From sequence record SRR22947727_1342: DNA of 40,137 nucleotides; one strand, given 5' to 3'. Under the pieces are notes generated by a model. That model saw nothing but the letters and a program-made list of their open reading frames with translations. It was not told the DNA's origin and ran no database searches. The position numbers and the translations under genes were made by a program. This document shows, one piece after another, positions 36,763-40,137 of the stretch (position 1 is the first letter of the stretch; each line of letters starts with the position of its first letter).

Positions 36763-37100
36763 TTTTCTAAGTTTGTGTATTTTAAAAGTGGAGTTGAGCG
36801 ACTAAGCCGTAGTGCGATAGTACATAACAATGCTTGTGTAGCAAAACCAATCACGATCGCAGTGAGTATGATCGCTTGAGGATATGGATCCGAATAGTCC
36901 GCATATCTCTTGGCAGAAGTTAATATTGGCGTCTGGGAGCCTGATGTTGCTGCTATTAATACGAAAATACTGATTGTTGCTGTATCAATAACATCTAGCG
37001 AGAATAGTGAATTAATCAGAGACTTTGAATTCAATATTCCAAAGCATCCTATTATTAAAAGAACAATTGCTGGTAAAAGTATAATGGTATCTAGTGTCAC
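36759..37100 (-). CDS. mrpC: Mrp/Mnh antiporter subunit C
   Basis: DPYPQAIILTAIVIGFA signature; GTG start. Confidence 0.92.
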   Translation of the reverse strand: MTLDTIILLPAIVLLIIGCFGILNSKSLINSLFSLDVIDTATISIFVLIAATSGSQTPILTSAKRYADYSDPYPQAIILTAIVIGFATQALLCTIALRLSRSTPLLKYTNLEK

Positions 37101-37423
37101 TTCTACTTGATTTTAATCATTTTTTTTATAATAGCTCCGCACCTTGCTTTTTGACTATGTTCGTTCACCTAATGTAATCTTTCACCATTAACTGTTTTAC
37201 CCCCCTCCATATATTTCGTAATTACCTATTTATTTTTTTGTCTCTTATCTACTTGATTTGATTTATACATTTTGTGCACGATTTTTTTATTCAACATCCT
37301 TTTTTGTATTCTTAGATACTTTCTATTCTCGCTTCATTCTTTTTGAATCCTCGTTTTTGTAACCCTATGATTGGAGTGTGGCAATTTTTTTTTAACACTC
37401 CATAATGGAGTTCATCAATCGAT

Positions 37424-38593
37424 TTGTTCGGTTTGGCTTCCACCTCTGAGTCTGCAGTGAAGTTTGATATTCAATCGCTTTTCCCCTTTTTTATTGGTGG
37501 CCTTTTCTTATTTTTAATTGAGTTTACTCATGTTCTGGATTGGCTGCTCGTACAACCAACAGTTGTTGTCCTCCTTGGTTTGTCAATTCTTAGCTCTGTT
37601 GTTTTGCTACTTTCCTCTAGCGTTGTTGGTCATGCTGATCGTGTGGCCGATCGGGTTGGTCAGCCTTATGGAACGCTAATCCTCACTGCCGCAGTTATGA
37701 CAATTGAACTTTCCTTGGTCGCAAGCACCATGTTGACCGGTGAGAGCAATCCAACTCTTGCTCGTGATTCCATGTTTTCTGTTGTCATGATTACATTGAC
37801 TGGTGTTACAGGTGTATCAAATGTCATATCTGCTCTCAAACGTCGGGATTTAGTCTCTAACGGTGTGTTGGATACAACTCAGTTAGCAGCGCCAAACCTA
37901 CTCGGTGCCCTTACCTATTTTGATTTAATCAGCACAATGTGCGTTCTTGCACTTGTGATTCCAAATTTTAGCCGTTCAACTTCTGAGGCAAATTTTAGTA
38001 TGCCTGTTAATATCGTTCTTACTGTTGTTGCTATTGGTGTTTATGCTGTTTTTTTAACGGCTCAGATGGGTAGTTATCGATCTCTTTATACTGAACGAGA
38101 TTCGCTAATTGCTTCTGGCTCAGAAGACTTTGATGGACATATACATTCACACCAACCACTTTGGCTGCCCACTAGCTTCTTAATTGTTGGCCTTCTTCTT
38201 GTTTGTCTGATTGCTGAATCAATGGGTCAACTCATTGAAACGGGTATCACGGATCTTGGTTTGCCTTCTTCACTTGCTGGTGTTCTTGTAGCTGGTCTTA
38301 TTCTTGCACCTGAAGCAATCAATGCTTTGAAAGCCGCTTCTCATGGTGAAGTCCAGCGTTCTATTAATACTTTGTATGGCTCTGTTGTTGCCACCGTAAG
38401 CTTGACAGTTCCTGCCGTCTTGATTCTTGGGGAAATTACCCATACCAATGTCATCCTTGGCCTGGAACCTTTCGAAATGGTTTTATTGTCTTTAACGCTT
38501 CTGCTTAGTTATCCCCATGCTCGTCTTACTGGGATTGAAGGAATGATGAAAATCGTTATTTTTATTTTCTGGATTCTTTTACAAGTCGCTTAG
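37424..38593 (+). CDS. chaA: Ca2+/H+ antiporter (CaCA family, ChaA-like)
   Basis: Alpha repeats GQPYGTLILTAAVMTIE and LILAPEAINALKAA, plus LARDSMFS and LTVPAV. Start uncertain (TTG 37424 or GTG 37457). Confidence 0.85.
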   Translation: MFGLASTSESAVKFDIQSLFPFFIGGLFLFLIEFTHVLDWLLVQPTVVVLLGLSILSSVVLLLSSSVVGHADRVADRVGQPYGTLILTAAVMTIELSLVASTMLTGESNPTLARDSMFSVVMITLTGVTGVSNVISALKRRDLVSNGVLDTTQLAAPNLLGALTYFDLISTMCVLALVIPNFSRSTSEANFSMPVNIVLTVVAIGVYAVFLTAQMGSYRSLYTERDSLIASGSEDFDGHIHSHQPLWLPTSFLIVGLLLVCLIAESMGQLIETGITDLGLPSSLAGVLVAGLILAPEAINALKAASHGEVQRSINTLYGSVVATVSLTVPAVLILGEITHTNVILGLEPFEMVLLSLTLLLSYPHARLTGIEGMMKIVIFIFWILLQVA

Positions 38594-38710
38594 TTATATG
38601 TTTTATGTTTTTTCCTGCGCTTTCGTCTGAATTTCCTCTACGGTCTCTTTCAGGAAACAATAACCTTATCATTTTGATAAGGTGCATTTAGGTTTATTAT
38701 TTATTGCTGA

Positions 38711-39382
38711 TCAACTATTTTTTTTGCTGTCTCTTATACCTTGAATGGCTTCCGCGTAGTTGGGTTGATTGAATACACCTGACCCAGAAACTATGGCATT
38801 GGCACCAGCATCGATTACTTTCCATGCATTCGATCCTTTGATACCACCGTCCACTTCAATCCATGGGTCTAAGCCGCGTGCGTCACACATCTTGCGCAGG
38901 TCACTGATTTTCTGCACCTGATTTTCGATAAAGCTTTGTCCGCCAAATCCAGGATTGACACTCATGATGAGAACCAGGTCACACAGTTCAAGGCAATATT
39001 CCAATGTGTCGATCGGTGTCCCAGGATTGAGGACTGCACCAGCCTTTTTACCAAGATCTTTGATCTGTCCAAGGTTTCGGTGCAAGTGAGGGCATGCCTC
39101 GACCTGAACCGAAATAATGTCGGCGCCCGCCTTGGCGAAATCCGGTACGTATTTTTCGGGCTCCACGATCATTAGGTGAACATCGAGAGGCTTTTGCGTC
39201 ACTGGGCGCAGAGCCTCAACGATTAGTGGCCCTATGGTGATGTTGGGGACAAATCGTCCATCCATAACATCCACGTGAATCCAGTCAGCACCTGCCTTGT
39301 CGACGGCCTCAACCTCTGCTCCGAGTCTTGAGAAATCGGCTGAGAGAATTGATGGGGAAACAACAAGGCTTTTGGCGGACAT
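38711..39382 (-). CDS. rpe: Ribulose-phosphate 3-epimerase
   Basis: [48 protein letters not shown]. Start moved to ATG 39382. Confidence 0.97.
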   Translation of the reverse strand: MSAKSLVVSPSILSADFSRLGAEVEAVDKAGADWIHVDVMDGRFVPNITIGPLIVEALRPVTQKPLDVHLMIVEPEKYVPDFAKAGADIISVQVEACPHLHRNLGQIKDLGKKAGAVLNPGTPIDTLEYCLELCDLVLIMSVNPGFGGQSFIENQVQKISDLRKMCDARGLDPWIEVDGGIKGSNAWKVIDAGANAIVSGSGVFNQPNYAEAIQGIRDSKKNS

Positions 39383-40089
39383 CGCAGCGTTAACCGTTTG
39401 ACGCTGCAATGTTACATCGATAACAACACCGAGCTTTCGGCTTTCCACTCCAGTCTTCTCCTGCCATCTAATCGCCATGTTTTTTCCGTCTGCGTCCCAC
39501 GCCTAAGCTGTCTGTTCGACTGCGCATTTCTGAACTTTTAAATCACTTGATAGTAGGCATTACTTTCGTAGCAAGTTTTTTACTTGTTTAGTTTAATCAG
39601 TTAGTTATTGCGGTTTAATTCATTTTTTTGCTGCTTAATGTTTGCGACATTGCTTTGTATCATCTTGATATCTCCCTTGTGTTTTGAAACTCTTTCTGAT
39701 TCCGTGTTGTCAATCAATTCGCAGTCTGGTTTTTCTTCTATTCCTGCATGATTATTCGTGAAGCCGACTGATTCATGTTTGCATACTCATTTTGAAATCG
39801 ATCTATTCCCTGCATTGAAATCCATAGCAAGTGAGTCGGTTTGGCTCGATTCAACTTGAGGCGTGTCCTTGATTTATTTTGTACTTCCCGGGTGCTTTTG
39901 TAAGTGTTGAACGCCTCTTAGCAACCTCAAAAATGCGTCGAGATTTTTTTGAAGCTTCCCCTCGCATCTGAGACTGGGGTATCGCTGATACAGTGAGCCG
40001 CGCTTTTAAGCCGAGATCGACTGCGACATGGGCCAACTGCCCTGTCAGCACGCCTCGCTAGCCCATTAACCCTTTTTATCCGGAGTCCC

Positions 40090-40137
40090 GTGGATCAGTC
40101 GCTAATTCAGGAAATTCTCGAGATCGTCGAGCAGGCC
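40090..40137 (+). CDS. glpX: Class II fructose-1,6-/sedoheptulose-1,7-bisphosphatase, 5' fragment
   Basis: GGAG at 40082-40085 and GTG at 40090. Translation MDQSLIQEILEIVEQA resembles the cyanobacterial GlpX N-terminus; it lies divergent from rpe, as expected from recalled synteny. Confidence 0.8.
   Translation, partial: MDQSLIQEILEIVEQA

Larger units (their letters stand above)
15214..38710. other. AT-rich accessory genomic island between ccsB and rpe
   Basis: Hand-counted 60-mers: 38/60 GC at 3301 (glyS), 28/60 at 25321, 19/60 at 32641. Accessory gene content bounded by core genes. No integrase, transposase or tRNA recognised. Confidence 0.8.

Noticed and set aside
15214-38710. Prophage, transposon, CRISPR array or anti-phage defence system
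   Set aside because: No phage structural genes, integrase or transposase, repeat-spacer array, or nuclease/ATPase/RT domains were recognised; the content is metabolic and transport.
39383-39478. N-terminal extension of rpe
   Set aside because: The conserved Rpe sequence begins at [11 protein letters not shown] (ATG 39382).
39979-39991. Possible NtcA box
   Set aside because: The spacing is GTA-N7-TAC rather than GTA-N8-TAC. The similar sites near 39657 and 6337 are also off by one.
39851-40051. 66-aa minus-strand ORF upstream of glpX
   Set aside because: No motif or clear RBS, and it overlaps the probable glpX promoter region.

Overview
The window looks like a picocyanobacterial (marine Synechococcus-like) chromosome segment; this is inferred from gene order, protein sequences and the GC of the core genes. 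From 1 to 15213 is a core block: D-Ala-D-Ala dipeptidase (5'-truncated), sir, glyS, a candidate 53-aa membrane protein, chlP, an M15B carboxypeptidase, a U32/RlhA-like protein, typA, DUF309, lptA, lptB, an LptF/G permease and ccsB. From about 15214 to 38710 is a ~23.5-kb AT-rich accessory island with no integrase, transposase or tRNA that I could recognise. Core genes resume with rpe and the first 16 codons of glpX. The island has two parts. (1) A putative alpha-glucan-linked metabolic cluster of unknown product: ZIP transporter, GlgX isoamylase, an AGE-family epimerase fused to a STAS domain whose phospho-Ser position is Asp, a TPR/2OG-Fe(II) oxygenase, a protein of four X25/SusE-like repeats, and an operon of DJ-1/PfpI, a benzoylformate-decarboxylase-like ThDP enzyme, two SnoaL/NTF2-like proteins and a VOC protein. 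(2) An ion/solute module: a Coq4-motif protein, a degenerate DAACS symporter coupled to a family-3 binding protein, a K+ channel at the end of an mrpC-D-E-F-G-DUF4040-B operon, and a divergent ChaA-like Ca2+/H+ antiporter. Cluster (1) is the best candidate for an undescribed system. All calls come from reading motifs by eye; no database searches were run.
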